Source: Spirochaetaceae bacterium (GTDB lineage Bacteria; Spirochaetota; Spirochaetia; DSM-2461). From it: a stretch of 64,000 bases of DNA. Below the pieces are notes generated by a model. It was not told the origin of the DNA. It ran no database searches and saw only the letters and a list, made by a program, of their open reading frames with translations. The stretch is from the NCBI GenBank assembly GCA_051531975.1, contig JAOPTT010000006.1, positions 256,656-320,655 of the forward strand, in the 5' to 3' direction. The translations under genes were made by a program, and so were the position numbers. How positions within the stretch are numbered: position 1 is the first letter of the stretch; the number at the start of each line of letters is the position of its first letter. This document shows positions 51,682 to 60,791 of the stretch, one piece after another.

Positions 51682-52224
51682 ATGAAAAAATGGGTTTGTA
51701 GTGTTTGTGGTTATGTACATGAAGGAGAATTTGCTCCAGATGAGTGTCCAACTTGTAAAGCTAAAGCTGATAAATTTACTGAGCAATCAGATACATCAAC
51801 TTATGCCGATGAGCATGTTATTGGTGTTGCACAAGGTGTTGATAAAGAGATTCTAGAGGGATTAAAAGCTAACTTTACAGGTGAGTGTACTGAAGTTGGA
51901 ATGTATTTAGCAATGAGCCGACAAGCAGATAGAGAAGGATATCCTGAAATTGCAGAAGCTTTTAAAAGATATGCTTTCGAAGAAGCTGATCACGCATCAA
52001 GATTTGCTGAATTATTAGGTGATGTTTTAACAAATAGCACTAAGAAGAATTTAGCCATGAGAGCAGAAGCTGAACATGGAGCTTGTCAAGGTAAAAAAGA
52101 CCTTGCTACAAAAGCAAAAGCTCTTGGTTTAGATGCCATTCATGATACAGTTCATGAAATGTGTAAAGATGAGGCAAGACATGGTAAAGGTTTTGCTGGT
52201 TTATTAAAACGTTATTTTAACTAA
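51682..52224 (+). CDS. rbr: Reverse rubrerythrin (NADH peroxidase)
   Basis: N-terminal rubredoxin-like CSVCG...CPTC; ferritin-like EEADH and DEARH. Confidence 0.92.
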   Translation: MKKWVCSVCGYVHEGEFAPDECPTCKAKADKFTEQSDTSTYADEHVIGVAQGVDKEILEGLKANFTGECTEVGMYLAMSRQADREGYPEIAEAFKRYAFEEADHASRFAELLGDVLTNSTKKNLAMRAEAEHGACQGKKDLATKAKALGLDAIHDTVHEMCKDEARHGKGFAGLLKRYFN

Positions 52225-52226
52225 AA

Positions 52227-52248
52227 TTAGGGAGGCTTAGCCTCCTTA
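52227..52248 (+). terminator. GC-rich hairpin between rbr and perR (attenuating or stabilising)
   Basis: agggaggc-tta-gcctcctt with only a weak U tract. Confidence 0.5.
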
Positions 52249-52264
52249 TATAAAGGAGTTTTAT

Positions 52265-52639
52265 ATGATAAGAATGACAAATCAACGAAAAGTTATATTA
52301 GAAGAACTTCAAAGACATGTAGATCATCCTACAGCAGATGAAATTTATGCTGAAATAAGAAAAGTGCTTCCAAAAGTTAGTTTAGGTACAGTTTATAGAA
52401 ACTTAGAGCAGATGAGCTCACAAGGTACTATTTTAAAACTAGAAGGATCTGGTCAGAAAAGATTTGATCCTAAACCTAATCCACATCCACACTTTAGATG
52501 CACTAAATGTGGTGCTGTAGAAGATATACATGAAGAGATTCAACCTCCAATTGTCAAAGAAAATTCTACATGGTTTAAAGAACATACTATAAATGGAATT
52601 ATTTTAGAATACTATGGTTTTTGTAATAATTGTAGGTAA
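52265..52639 (+). CDS. perR: Fur-family regulator, PerR type
   Basis: HPTADEIY, TVYRNL, RFD....PHPHFRCTKC...ED and C-terminal CNNC; located in an oxidative-stress cluster. Confidence 0.8.
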   Translation: MIRMTNQRKVILEELQRHVDHPTADEIYAEIRKVLPKVSLGTVYRNLEQMSSQGTILKLEGSGQKRFDPKPNPHPHFRCTKCGAVEDIHEEIQPPIVKENSTWFKEHTINGIILEYYGFCNNCR

Positions 52640-52654
52640 CAAGAAGGTAGGTAT

Positions 52655-53125
52655 ATGAAATTTAATTTAAATGAAGTTTTAGATATAGCGATTAGCATTG
52701 AAACATCTGGATATAACTTTTATACAAAAGCAGCCAAGTCTTTTCCAGAATATGCTGATTTTTTTACTTTTTTGGCAGCAGAAGAAATTGGTCATGATTT
52801 AGTTTTTAAAAATATAAAGAAGACTGAAGCAGATGTATTGGATAATACTTGGGATCCTAATGGAGTAATTTCAGTTTATTTTGATTCATTAATGGGCTCC
52901 ACCATTTTTAATAATAGTAATGATATTAACAAACAATTTGATAATGTTCAAAAATTATCTGATGTAATTGATTGGGCAATTAAAAGAGAGCATGAAACTA
53001 TACTATATTTTTCTGGTATTAAAGATTCATTTAATTCTTTAGAAGATAGAAATGTGATTGATAAAATAATTTCAGAAGAGATAACACATGTTCATATTTT
53101 GATGAATAAAAAAAATGAACTATAA
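52655..53125 (+). CDS. Ferritin-like (rubrerythrin/erythrin family) diiron protein
   Basis: AISIE..G..FY, EEIGH, AIKRE and EEITH motifs. Confidence 0.85.
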   Translation: MKFNLNEVLDIAISIETSGYNFYTKAAKSFPEYADFFTFLAAEEIGHDLVFKNIKKTEADVLDNTWDPNGVISVYFDSLMGSTIFNNSNDINKQFDNVQKLSDVIDWAIKREHETILYFSGIKDSFNSLEDRNVIDKIISEEITHVHILMNKKNEL

Positions 53126-53130
53126 ATATT

Positions 53131-53156
53131 AACCCCTCAATTTTGAGGGGTTTTTT
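53131..53156. terminator. Terminator between convergent genes
   Basis: aacccctcaa-tt-ttgaggggtt followed by a T run. Confidence 0.85.
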
Positions 53157-53157
53157 A

Positions 53158-54492
53158 TTATTTTGCAAATAAAGCAACAGATGTTAAATATGATACAGGT
53201 TTATTAAAATGAGGTAAAAAGAAGAAATCTGTTAATGCAAAATCATCTACGGTCATTTGTTTCTGAATTGCTAAAGAAATAGTATGTATACATTGAGTAT
53301 AATCACCTTTAGATATTATCTGAGCACCTAATAGTCTTCTAGTTTCCTCATCGTATACAACTTTTATTTGTACATCATCAAATGTTGGCATAAACTCTGG
53401 CCTACTTGAATCAGTAACTAAGTTAGTTTTAACTTTTAATCCTCTAGCTTTAGCTGATGTTTCTGATAGACCTGTTGAAGCCATCTTATATTCAAAAATA
53501 CTAATTGCATTAGAACCTTGAGTTCCTGGATGTTTGAAATTTTTATTAATAATATTTCGGCCTGCTAATATACCCATTCTTACAGCATTTGTTGCAAGAG
53601 CAATATATGTTGTATCATTAATAGCATTTGAATATATTGATGCACAATCACCGATTGCCAATACATTTGGATCAGATGAATACATATAATCATCAACTTT
53701 AATAGCACCATTTGGTAACATATCTAAATGACCTTTTGCAAATTCAGTAACTGGTTTAAAACCAACTGACATAATAACCATATCGGCAGGGTATTCAGCT
53801 TTATCTGTAATTACTTTAGTAACATGTCCATTTTCACCAATAAACTCTTTAACCATTTCTGAAGTTTTAACAGCAATACCTTTCTCTTCAAGGGATTTTG
53901 TTGGGTCCAATGTAAACTCTTTGTCAAAATAATTACATAAAATTCGATCTTGAGCTTCAACTAATGTTACATTTTTGCCGTGTTTATGAAATGCTTCTAC
54001 TAACTCAATTCCTATATATCCAGCACCAACGACAGTAATATTGTGGACTTTATCAGACTTTATTGTCTCTATAATATTCTCAGCATGCTGAAATAGTTTA
54101 GAAAATTTGATGCCATCATTGTCAATTCCTGGAATTGGAGGTTTAATAGGCCATGATCCACTAGCCATAATCAATTTATCATAATTATCTGTAAATATAT
54201 CATTTGTATCTAGGTTTTTAACTCTTAACTCTCTGTTTTTAAAATCAATATCTAAAACTTCATGCTTCATATGAACTTTTGCCCCTAGTTTTGTTAATTT
54301 TTCAGGGGATGAATAAAAAAGTCCATCTGGTTTTTTTATAGTATTACTAACCCATAGAGCAATACCACAAGCAAGAAATGAAATATTATCATTTCGGTCA
54401 TATGAAACTACTTCTGTTCCTGGATGTTCCTTTAAAATGTGTGTAATTGCAGCTGTTCCTGCGTGATTATTTCCTAAAACAATAACTTTCAT
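53158..54492 (-). CDS. nox: H2O-forming NADH oxidase
   Basis: NHAGT, ISFLACG (redox Cys), GAGYIG, YIALATNAVR and DFFFLPHFN motifs. Confidence 0.92.
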   Translation of the reverse strand: MKVIVLGNNHAGTAAITHILKEHPGTEVVSYDRNDNISFLACGIALWVSNTIKKPDGLFYSSPEKLTKLGAKVHMKHEVLDIDFKNRELRVKNLDTNDIFTDNYDKLIMASGSWPIKPPIPGIDNDGIKFSKLFQHAENIIETIKSDKVHNITVVGAGYIGIELVEAFHKHGKNVTLVEAQDRILCNYFDKEFTLDPTKSLEEKGIAVKTSEMVKEFIGENGHVTKVITDKAEYPADMVIMSVGFKPVTEFAKGHLDMLPNGAIKVDDYMYSSDPNVLAIGDCASIYSNAINDTTYIALATNAVRMGILAGRNIINKNFKHPGTQGSNAISIFEYKMASTGLSETSAKARGLKVKTNLVTDSSRPEFMPTFDDVQIKVVYDEETRRLLGAQIISKGDYTQCIHTISLAIQKQMTVDDFALTDFFFLPHFNKPVSYLTSVALFAK

Positions 54493-54515
54493 AAAAAACT
54501 CCTCTAATAAATAAA

Positions 54516-54562
54516 ATTATATAGTATTTAATTAGATAATGCAATATTAGTAATGATTATTA
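54516..54562 (-). promoter_or_regulatory. PerR/Fur-type box plus sigma70 promoter of nox
   Basis: Box TAGTAATGATTATTA (54548-54562); minus strand TTGCAT-N17-TATAAT (54544 to 54516). Confidence 0.7.
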
Positions 54563-55603
54563 TTAAAGCTTATCCCAACCATTAATTGCACTTGATTGAT
54601 TATAACTAGTTACTGTACTTTCAAAGAAATTTGCTTTAACATCTCCTGCACCTTCAGTGTCTGCTATTCTTTCCAAATGTGCATATGGGTTGTGATCATA
54701 CCCGTGATATAAAGGTTCAAATCCTATCGCTATCAATCTCTGATTTGCAATATACTTTGTATAAGTCTCTGTACTTTCATTGGTTATACCTAATATTTCA
54801 TTACCTAAAATATGATCTGTCCACTCAATCTCTTGTTCAACAGCTTTTTCAAACATTGGATAGACTAATTCATCTGATATAATACCTGGATTCTCTTCTT
54901 TAATAGCTAATATCATCTCTTTAAAAAGTACAACATGAGTTAATTCATCTCTATTAATAAAACGTATAATATCAGCAGAACCTGGCATTAAATTTCTACT
55001 AGCTAAAAGATAAAAAAAGTTAAATCCATTATAAAAATAAACAGCTTCTAATAAATAATTAGCAATTATAGACCGTGCAAAATTTTCATTACTTTCATGA
55101 TCATGAAAATCTTGATATATCTGAGCAATAAAACTAATTCTATTAAACAAAACTTTATCATCTCTCCAAAATTCATAAATATCTTCTCTTTTATCACTTG
55201 GAATAAGAGTCTCTATAAGGTATGCATAACTTTGACTATGAACGGCTTCTTGGTATGTTTGTATAGCTAATATTAAATTCACTTCTGGTGCAGTAATAAA
55301 GTCAGATATTTTTGGAATATTATTTGTTTGAATTGAATCCAAAAATACTAAGAAGGATAAAATACCGTCATATCCTTTTCTCTCTGGTTCTGTTAATTTT
55401 TGATAATCCTGAAAATCTGATGTTAAATCAACTTTTTCTGGAATCCAAAAGTTTTCCATCATGGATCGATATAGCTTGTTGGACCATGTATATTTTGTAT
55501 TATTTAGATTAAAAAGATTAGTACTATTTCCACCAATTATTTTTCTATCTTTTAACTCATCACTTCCTGTGGGATTGAAAAGTTTTTTTTCTTTTATTAA
55601 CAA
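54563..55603 (-). CDS. nrdB: Class I ribonucleotide reductase beta subunit
   Basis: FWIPE; metal ligands LDSIQ, QEAVHSQSY (with the radical Tyr), LEAVYFY and RDELTH; NFFE tail. Confidence 0.93.
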   Translation of the reverse strand: MLIKEKKLFNPTGSDELKDRKIIGGNSTNLFNLNNTKYTWSNKLYRSMMENFWIPEKVDLTSDFQDYQKLTEPERKGYDGILSFLVFLDSIQTNNIPKISDFITAPEVNLILAIQTYQEAVHSQSYAYLIETLIPSDKREDIYEFWRDDKVLFNRISFIAQIYQDFHDHESNENFARSIIANYLLEAVYFYNGFNFFYLLASRNLMPGSADIIRFINRDELTHVVLFKEMILAIKEENPGIISDELVYPMFEKAVEQEIEWTDHILGNEILGITNESTETYTKYIANQRLIAIGFEPLYHGYDHNPYAHLERIADTEGAGDVKANFFESTVTSYNQSSAINGWDKL

Positions 55604-55615
55604 AATAAAATCTCC

Positions 55616-57874
55616 TTAATTTGCACATGAGACACAAGACTCATCTTTCTCTGATATATTACCATTCTTTTGAATTGTTCTAGTATAATATATGGTTTTA
55701 CACCCTGTTTCCCATGCTTTAAAAATAGTATCATAAATATCTTTTGCACTTATATTGTTATTTAAATTATATAATATTTCCATACTAATACCTTGATCAA
55801 TCCATTTTTGAATTGATGAAACAACAGATACGATATTTTTTTGATCTATATTTTTACTCTCTTTATAAAACCAAAATGATTTCTTTATAAAAGGTGGGCA
55901 TATAGGAATGGCTCCATTTGCATTTTTATCAATATGAAACTTGCTATACACAGGTAATACACCAGGGGAACAACCCTGTAATAAAGAACTAGAAGTATTT
56001 GGTGCTATAGCAAGTAGTTGTCCATTTCTTATACCAGTTTTAACTACCTTATCTATTACTTTTAACCACCGAGTAGAATAGTTTGAGTTTTCATTATACC
56101 AATCTTTATTCCTATTAAAAAATATTCCCTTTGACCATGAACTATCTTCAAAAGCTTTATATGGACCTCTAGATACTGCAATATCTGCACTTTCCTCAAT
56201 AGCAAAAAGAGCTATTTGTTCAAACAAGTCTGATACAACAGTTTCAGATTCATCATATTTTATAGATTCCTTAGCAAGGTAATCCGCTAAGCCCATAGCT
56301 CCTAAACCTACAGTTCTATAACGATCATTATGTAATAGACTTTCAGATATTGGTGAATTTGTTAATTCTAATGCGTTATCTAGTATTCTAATACCAAGCT
56401 TAGTATTTTGTTCTAAATCTTCAGCATCCTCAATATTAGCTAAGTTTAAACTTAATAAGTTACATGTATGTACTAAACCATCTCTAGAGCTTGAATTAAT
56501 AACAGAACCGTCAATGACATCATTATCAATTATAGATGGTCTAAAATTTGAAAATGATTCTTGGCATAAATTTCCACTTCCTATATAACCATCATGTTTG
56601 TTAGGATTAGATCTATTTACAGTATCCTTAAAAAACATATACGGCATACCGGTCTCAACTTGAGATTTCATAATTTGCTTAAATATATCAATGGCATTAA
56701 CTTTTTTTGTTTTTAATTTTAATTCAGATTTTTCAAGAAGTTTATATGTTTTTTCAAAATCAGAGCCCCATAACTCCGCTAGGTTTTTTCCAAATTCCTT
56801 TTTTATTTCGTAGGGGTCAAAAAGAGTCCATTCTTCTCTGTTTTTAACTCGTTCCATAAACAGATCAGGAACAACCAGTTGTGGAAAAATATCATAGGCT
56901 TTTTTTCTTTGGTCTCCAGTTTCAGTTTGCAACTCTAAAAAGTCAAGCAGATCTAAATGCCATAAATCAAGGGCTACAGTAACAGCACCAGCTCTTTTAC
57001 CAAGTTGGTTTACAGCAACAGCAGTATCATTTATAATTCGTACCCACGGAATAACACCTCCAGAAGCATTTGGAACACCTTTTATTGCTGATCCTGTAGC
57101 TCTAACTCTAGAAATATTTAAACCAACACCACCACCATTTTTTGATATTTGTGCTACAGTATTTATATTATAAAATATTGAATCTAAAGAGTCATCAATT
57201 GCTGAAATAAAACAACTTGATAAATTTCCATTGTCCCGTCTTAAGTTAATTAATATTGGTGTAGCTAAAGAAATTTTTCTTCCAGCGACAGCATTGTATA
57301 TATTTTCTGCAATATCTATCCTATCTCCAGTTTCTGAAGATGCTAAATAAAGGGAAATAGACATAAACATTTCTTGTGGCAACTCAAAAGGTTTATCACC
57401 ATCAGTTATTAAATATCTATTTGCTAATAAGTTTGCTCCTGCATAATCAAAATCATAATCATATAAAGGTTTTATTCTTTTTCCAGCTTCGATTAATTCT
57501 TTTTTATTATATAGATCTAATATTTTTTTTGAATATAGTCCCTTTTGAACTGCTTCAACAATAAACTCGTAATAATTTTCATAATGAGTTCCAGTTGATC
57601 GTCTTTTTAAAGCTTCCTTTGTATAGTCCATAATTAACAATCTTGCAGCTACTATTCGGTATTCGGGTCTCTCTACAGAAGTTAACTTGGAAGTTATATC
57701 AATTAATGATTTTTGTATCTCAGAAGTTGTTATTCTATCCTTATATATAGTGTCTATATGACTTTCGATTTCTAAATAATCTATATCAATACCATCACAA
57801 GCCTGTTTTAAAGCTTTTCGTATCTCTTTGATATCAATATTAGATTCCCTTAAGTCTCTTTTTATAACTTTCAT
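55616..57874 (-). CDS. nrdA: Class I ribonucleotide reductase alpha subunit with ATP cone
   Basis: VIKRD ATP cone, ATP..N, LSSCF, GGGVG, NLCQE, CNL, AIAPNTSS, KTIYY and C-terminal CVSC. Confidence 0.95.
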   Translation of the reverse strand: MKVIKRDLRESNIDIKEIRKALKQACDGIDIDYLEIESHIDTIYKDRITTSEIQKSLIDITSKLTSVERPEYRIVAARLLIMDYTKEALKRRSTGTHYENYYEFIVEAVQKGLYSKKILDLYNKKELIEAGKRIKPLYDYDFDYAGANLLANRYLITDGDKPFELPQEMFMSISLYLASSETGDRIDIAENIYNAVAGRKISLATPILINLRRDNGNLSSCFISAIDDSLDSIFYNINTVAQISKNGGGVGLNISRVRATGSAIKGVPNASGGVIPWVRIINDTAVAVNQLGKRAGAVTVALDLWHLDLLDFLELQTETGDQRKKAYDIFPQLVVPDLFMERVKNREEWTLFDPYEIKKEFGKNLAELWGSDFEKTYKLLEKSELKLKTKKVNAIDIFKQIMKSQVETGMPYMFFKDTVNRSNPNKHDGYIGSGNLCQESFSNFRPSIIDNDVIDGSVINSSSRDGLVHTCNLLSLNLANIEDAEDLEQNTKLGIRILDNALELTNSPISESLLHNDRYRTVGLGAMGLADYLAKESIKYDESETVVSDLFEQIALFAIEESADIAVSRGPYKAFEDSSWSKGIFFNRNKDWYNENSNYSTRWLKVIDKVVKTGIRNGQLLAIAPNTSSSLLQGCSPGVLPVYSKFHIDKNANGAIPICPPFIKKSFWFYKESKNIDQKNIVSVVSSIQKWIDQGISMEILYNLNNNISAKDIYDTIFKAWETGCKTIYYTRTIQKNGNISEKDESCVSCAN

Positions 57875-57903
57875 TATTAACCCCTATATAATTAACTAAC
57901 AAA

Positions 57904-58009
57904 ATAATATTCTTACAATTAAAAAATGTCAACTAATAATAATAATTCCTAATAAGCTTGACAAAAAAATAAAATAGGATTAAATTAAACTTAATAGTAA
58001 TTATTACTA
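57904..58009. promoter_or_regulatory. Divergent nrdA/ahpC promoters with two PerR/Fur-type boxes
   Basis: nrdA (minus) TTGACA-N17-TATTAT (57932 to 57904); ahpC TTGACA(57958)-N17-TAAATT; boxes TAATAATAATTCCTA (57937-57951) and perfect TAGTAATTATTACTA (57995-58009). Confidence 0.75.
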
Positions 58010-58023
58010 CTAAGGAGAACAGA

Positions 58024-58608
58024 ATGTCAGTATTAGTAACAAAAGAAGCACCAAACTTTAAGGCAACTGCCGTATTAGCAGATAATACATTTGCAGAAAT
58101 AGAACTAAATAGTTATAGAGGGAAATATGTTTTATTATTTTTCTATCCATTGGATTTTACATTTGTATGTCCTACTGAAATTATAGAGTTTAATAGAAAA
58201 TTAGATGAATTTAAAAAGAGAGATGTAGAGGTTCTAGGTGTATCAATTGACTCAGAGTTTAGCCATTTAGCATGGAAAAACACACCTGTAAATCAGGGAG
58301 GAATTGGTAACGTTCAATATCCACTTGTTGCAGATATTAAAAAGAGTATCGCAACAGATTATGATGTTTTATTTGATGAATCAATTGCATTAAGAGGTCT
58401 ATTTTTAATTGATAAAGATGGAATTGTTAGACATCAGGTAGTAAATGATCTACCATTAGGTAGAAATGTAGATGAAGCTATAAGAATTGTAGATGCACTA
58501 CAACATGTCGAAAAATATGGAGAAGTTTGTCCAGCTGGATGGAAACCAGGTGATGAGGCTATGGATCCAACAAAAGACGGAGTTGCAGATTATTTATCAA
58601 AACATTAA
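58024..58608 (+). CDS. ahpC: 2-Cys peroxiredoxin
   Basis: FYPLDFTFVCPTE and GEVCPAGW motifs. Confidence 0.96.
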   Translation: MSVLVTKEAPNFKATAVLADNTFAEIELNSYRGKYVLLFFYPLDFTFVCPTEIIEFNRKLDEFKKRDVEVLGVSIDSEFSHLAWKNTPVNQGGIGNVQYPLVADIKKSIATDYDVLFDESIALRGLFLIDKDGIVRHQVVNDLPLGRNVDEAIRIVDALQHVEKYGEVCPAGWKPGDEAMDPTKDGVADYLSKH

Positions 58609-58614
58609 TAAAAC

Positions 58615-58635
58615 TGGCTGAATTTATTTCAGCCA
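58615..58635 (+). terminator. Hairpin after ahpC
   Basis: tggctgaa-tttat-ttcagcca with only a weak U tract. Confidence 0.5.
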
Positions 58636-58677
58636 TGTTGTAATATTATTCCAATATAAGTTATTAAGGGGATATTT

Positions 58678-59892
58678 TTGTTAAAAAGCAATAAAATTGC
58701 TGATGGTATTTATCAGTTAGGTTCAAATATAAATAATGGAGATCTTTTTGAAGGCATGTGGCCTATTCCAGAAGGTGTTTCATTAAATTCCTATGTTGTA
58801 AAAGGTGAGAAAATTGCAATTATTGATCTTGTTGATGATTGGGATAATGCACCTGAGAATCTATTAAAGCAATTAAAGTCTATTGATGTAAATCCTGAAG
58901 ATATAGATTACATAGTCTTAAATCATTTAGAACCAGATCATACTGGATGGCTTAATGGTTTTTTAAAAGAGTCTAAAGATATTGAAATTATCACAACACC
59001 TAAAGGTGAAAAAATGTTGAGATCTTTTTTCAAGTATCAAGGCTTAGTTAAAGTTGTTAAAGATGGTGATACATTAGACCTTGGTGGAAAAGAGTTAACA
59101 TTTTATCATGCGCCCTTTGTGCATTGGCCTGAAACAATGGTTACTTTTCATAAAGAGAGTGGAGTATTGTTCTCTTGTGATGCTTTTGGTTCATATGGTG
59201 AATTAGGACATGAGGTCTTTGATGATCAAATAAGTGAAGAGAAACATAAGTTTTATGACGATGAATCTTTACGTTATTATGCTAATATTGTTGCTGGATA
59301 TTCGGTACCAGTTCTAAGGGCCATCGATAAATTAACACCTTTAGAAATTAAAATAATAGCTCCATCACATGGAATAATTTGGAGAGAGAATCCCGCAGTT
59401 ATTATTGAAAGATATAAAAAGTTTGCAGATTATATGTCTGGAAAAGCAGAAAAAGAGATTACTATGGTAGTTGGAAGTATGTATGGTAATACAAGAAATA
59501 TTGTATCATCTGTTATTAAGGGTATAAGATCAGAAGGGATTCCAGTTCACATATTTAATATCCCAGAAGATCACATTTCTTATATATTAGCTTCAGCATG
59601 GAAATCTAAAGGTTTAGTTATTGGAATGCCTACCTATGAAGGTAAAATGTATCCACCCATGTCAAATGTTTTAGAAATGTTTTCTACAAAACACGTATGG
59701 AATAAAGAAGTTTTTAGATTTGGTTCTTATGCATGGACCGGTGGTGCACAACGAGATTTTGAATCTAAAACTAGTAAATTAAAATGGAACCTTTTAGAAC
59801 CTTTAGAATGGGAAGGTTCTGCAACTGATAAGGATCATGAAATTGCTTTTAATCAAGGTAAAGCCCTAGCTATAAAAGTTAAAGAGAGTTAA
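58678..59892 (+). CDS. fprA: Flavodiiron protein (FprA / A-type flavoprotein)
   Basis: NHLEPDH, HWPE, FSCDAFG, APSHG and flavodoxin SMYGNT motifs. Confidence 0.92.
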   Translation: MLKSNKIADGIYQLGSNINNGDLFEGMWPIPEGVSLNSYVVKGEKIAIIDLVDDWDNAPENLLKQLKSIDVNPEDIDYIVLNHLEPDHTGWLNGFLKESKDIEIITTPKGEKMLRSFFKYQGLVKVVKDGDTLDLGGKELTFYHAPFVHWPETMVTFHKESGVLFSCDAFGSYGELGHEVFDDQISEEKHKFYDDESLRYYANIVAGYSVPVLRAIDKLTPLEIKIIAPSHGIIWRENPAVIIERYKKFADYMSGKAEKEITMVVGSMYGNTRNIVSSVIKGIRSEGIPVHIFNIPEDHISYILASAWKSKGLVIGMPTYEGKMYPPMSNVLEMFSTKHVWNKEVFRFGSYAWTGGAQRDFESKTSKLKWNLLEPLEWEGSATDKDHEIAFNQGKALAIKVKES

Positions 59893-59895
59893 TAA

Positions 59896-60363
59896 ATGGA
59901 AGAAAAACTAGATAATGGAGACAAATGTCCCAACTTTTCTCTATTAGATCAAAATGCAGATAAAGTAAGCAATAATGATTTTTTAGGTAAAAAAATACTA
60001 ATATATTTTTATCCAAGAGCTAATACTCCAGGATGTACTACACAATCATGTGAAGTTAGGGATAATAAAGATGAATTTTTAAAACTTGGGGTTCATGTTT
60101 TAGGTATTAGTCCAGATACTCCAAAAAAACAGAGTAATTTTGATAATAAATTTAGTTTAGGTTTTAAATTGCTCTCCGATGAAGATCATTCGGTTGCAGA
60201 GTCATTTGGAGTATGGGCAGAGAAAAAACTATATGGTAAAGTTTATATGGGTATAGTTAGATCATCATTTTTAATTGATGAAAAAGGTAATATATTAAAA
60301 GCTTGGTATAAAGTTTCACCAAAGAATACAGTACCAGAAGCTATTAAATATTTAAATAGTTAA
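59896..60363 (+). CDS. bcp: Thioredoxin-dependent thiol peroxidase Bcp
   Basis: YFYPRANTPGCTTQSC motif. Confidence 0.93.
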   Translation: MEEKLDNGDKCPNFSLLDQNADKVSNNDFLGKKILIYFYPRANTPGCTTQSCEVRDNKDEFLKLGVHVLGISPDTPKKQSNFDNKFSLGFKLLSDEDHSVAESFGVWAEKKLYGKVYMGIVRSSFLIDEKGNILKAWYKVSPKNTVPEAIKYLNS

Positions 60364-60380
60364 AAACGGAGGATATTATT

Positions 60381-60761
60381 ATGGCAAAAAAGTTAGAAGT
60401 TTACAAATGCGAAGTATGTGGAAATGTTGTTGAAGTTACTAACGGTAGTAGTGGAAAATTAACATGTTGTGGGCAAGCAATGGGTTTATTAGAAGAAAAA
60501 ACTGCTGATTCAGCTACAGAAAAGCATGTTCCTATTGCAAATGAAGGTAAGTATGGAGTTAAAATTGTAGTTGGTTCTACTAATCATCCAATGACTGAAG
60601 AGCATTATATAGAATGGATCGAAGTTATAAATGGAACTTATGTTAATAGAAAAGAGCTAAAGCCTGGAGATCGACCAGAAGCTGAATTTTATGTACCATT
60701 TAGTGAAGATTTAATTATCAGATCTTACTGTAATCTTCATGGATTATGGAAAAACAAATAA
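60381..60761 (+). CDS. dfx: Desulfoferrodoxin (2Fe superoxide reductase)
   Basis: CEVCGN...CCG, EKHVP, HPM...HYI and CNLHG motifs. Confidence 0.95.
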   Translation: MAKKLEVYKCEVCGNVVEVTNGSSGKLTCCGQAMGLLEEKTADSATEKHVPIANEGKYGVKIVVGSTNHPMTEEHYIEWIEVINGTYVNRKELKPGDRPEAEFYVPFSEDLIIRSYCNLHGLWKNK

Positions 60762-60791
60762 AAAAAAGAGGGTCTAAACCCTCTTTTTTTT
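60759..60791. terminator. Bidirectional intrinsic terminator
   Basis: A-run, gagggt-ctaa-accctc, T-run. Confidence 0.9.

Noticed and set aside
54563..55603. Possible metal-free (class Ie) or Mn/Fe (class Ic) RNR beta subunit
   Set aside because: The Asp/Glu/His ligands and the radical Tyr are all canonical.
58638..58654. Possible fifth PerR box before fprA (TTGTAATATTATTCCAA)
   Set aside because: The spacing does not fit 7-1-7 and the match is weak; fprA is probably read through from ahpC.
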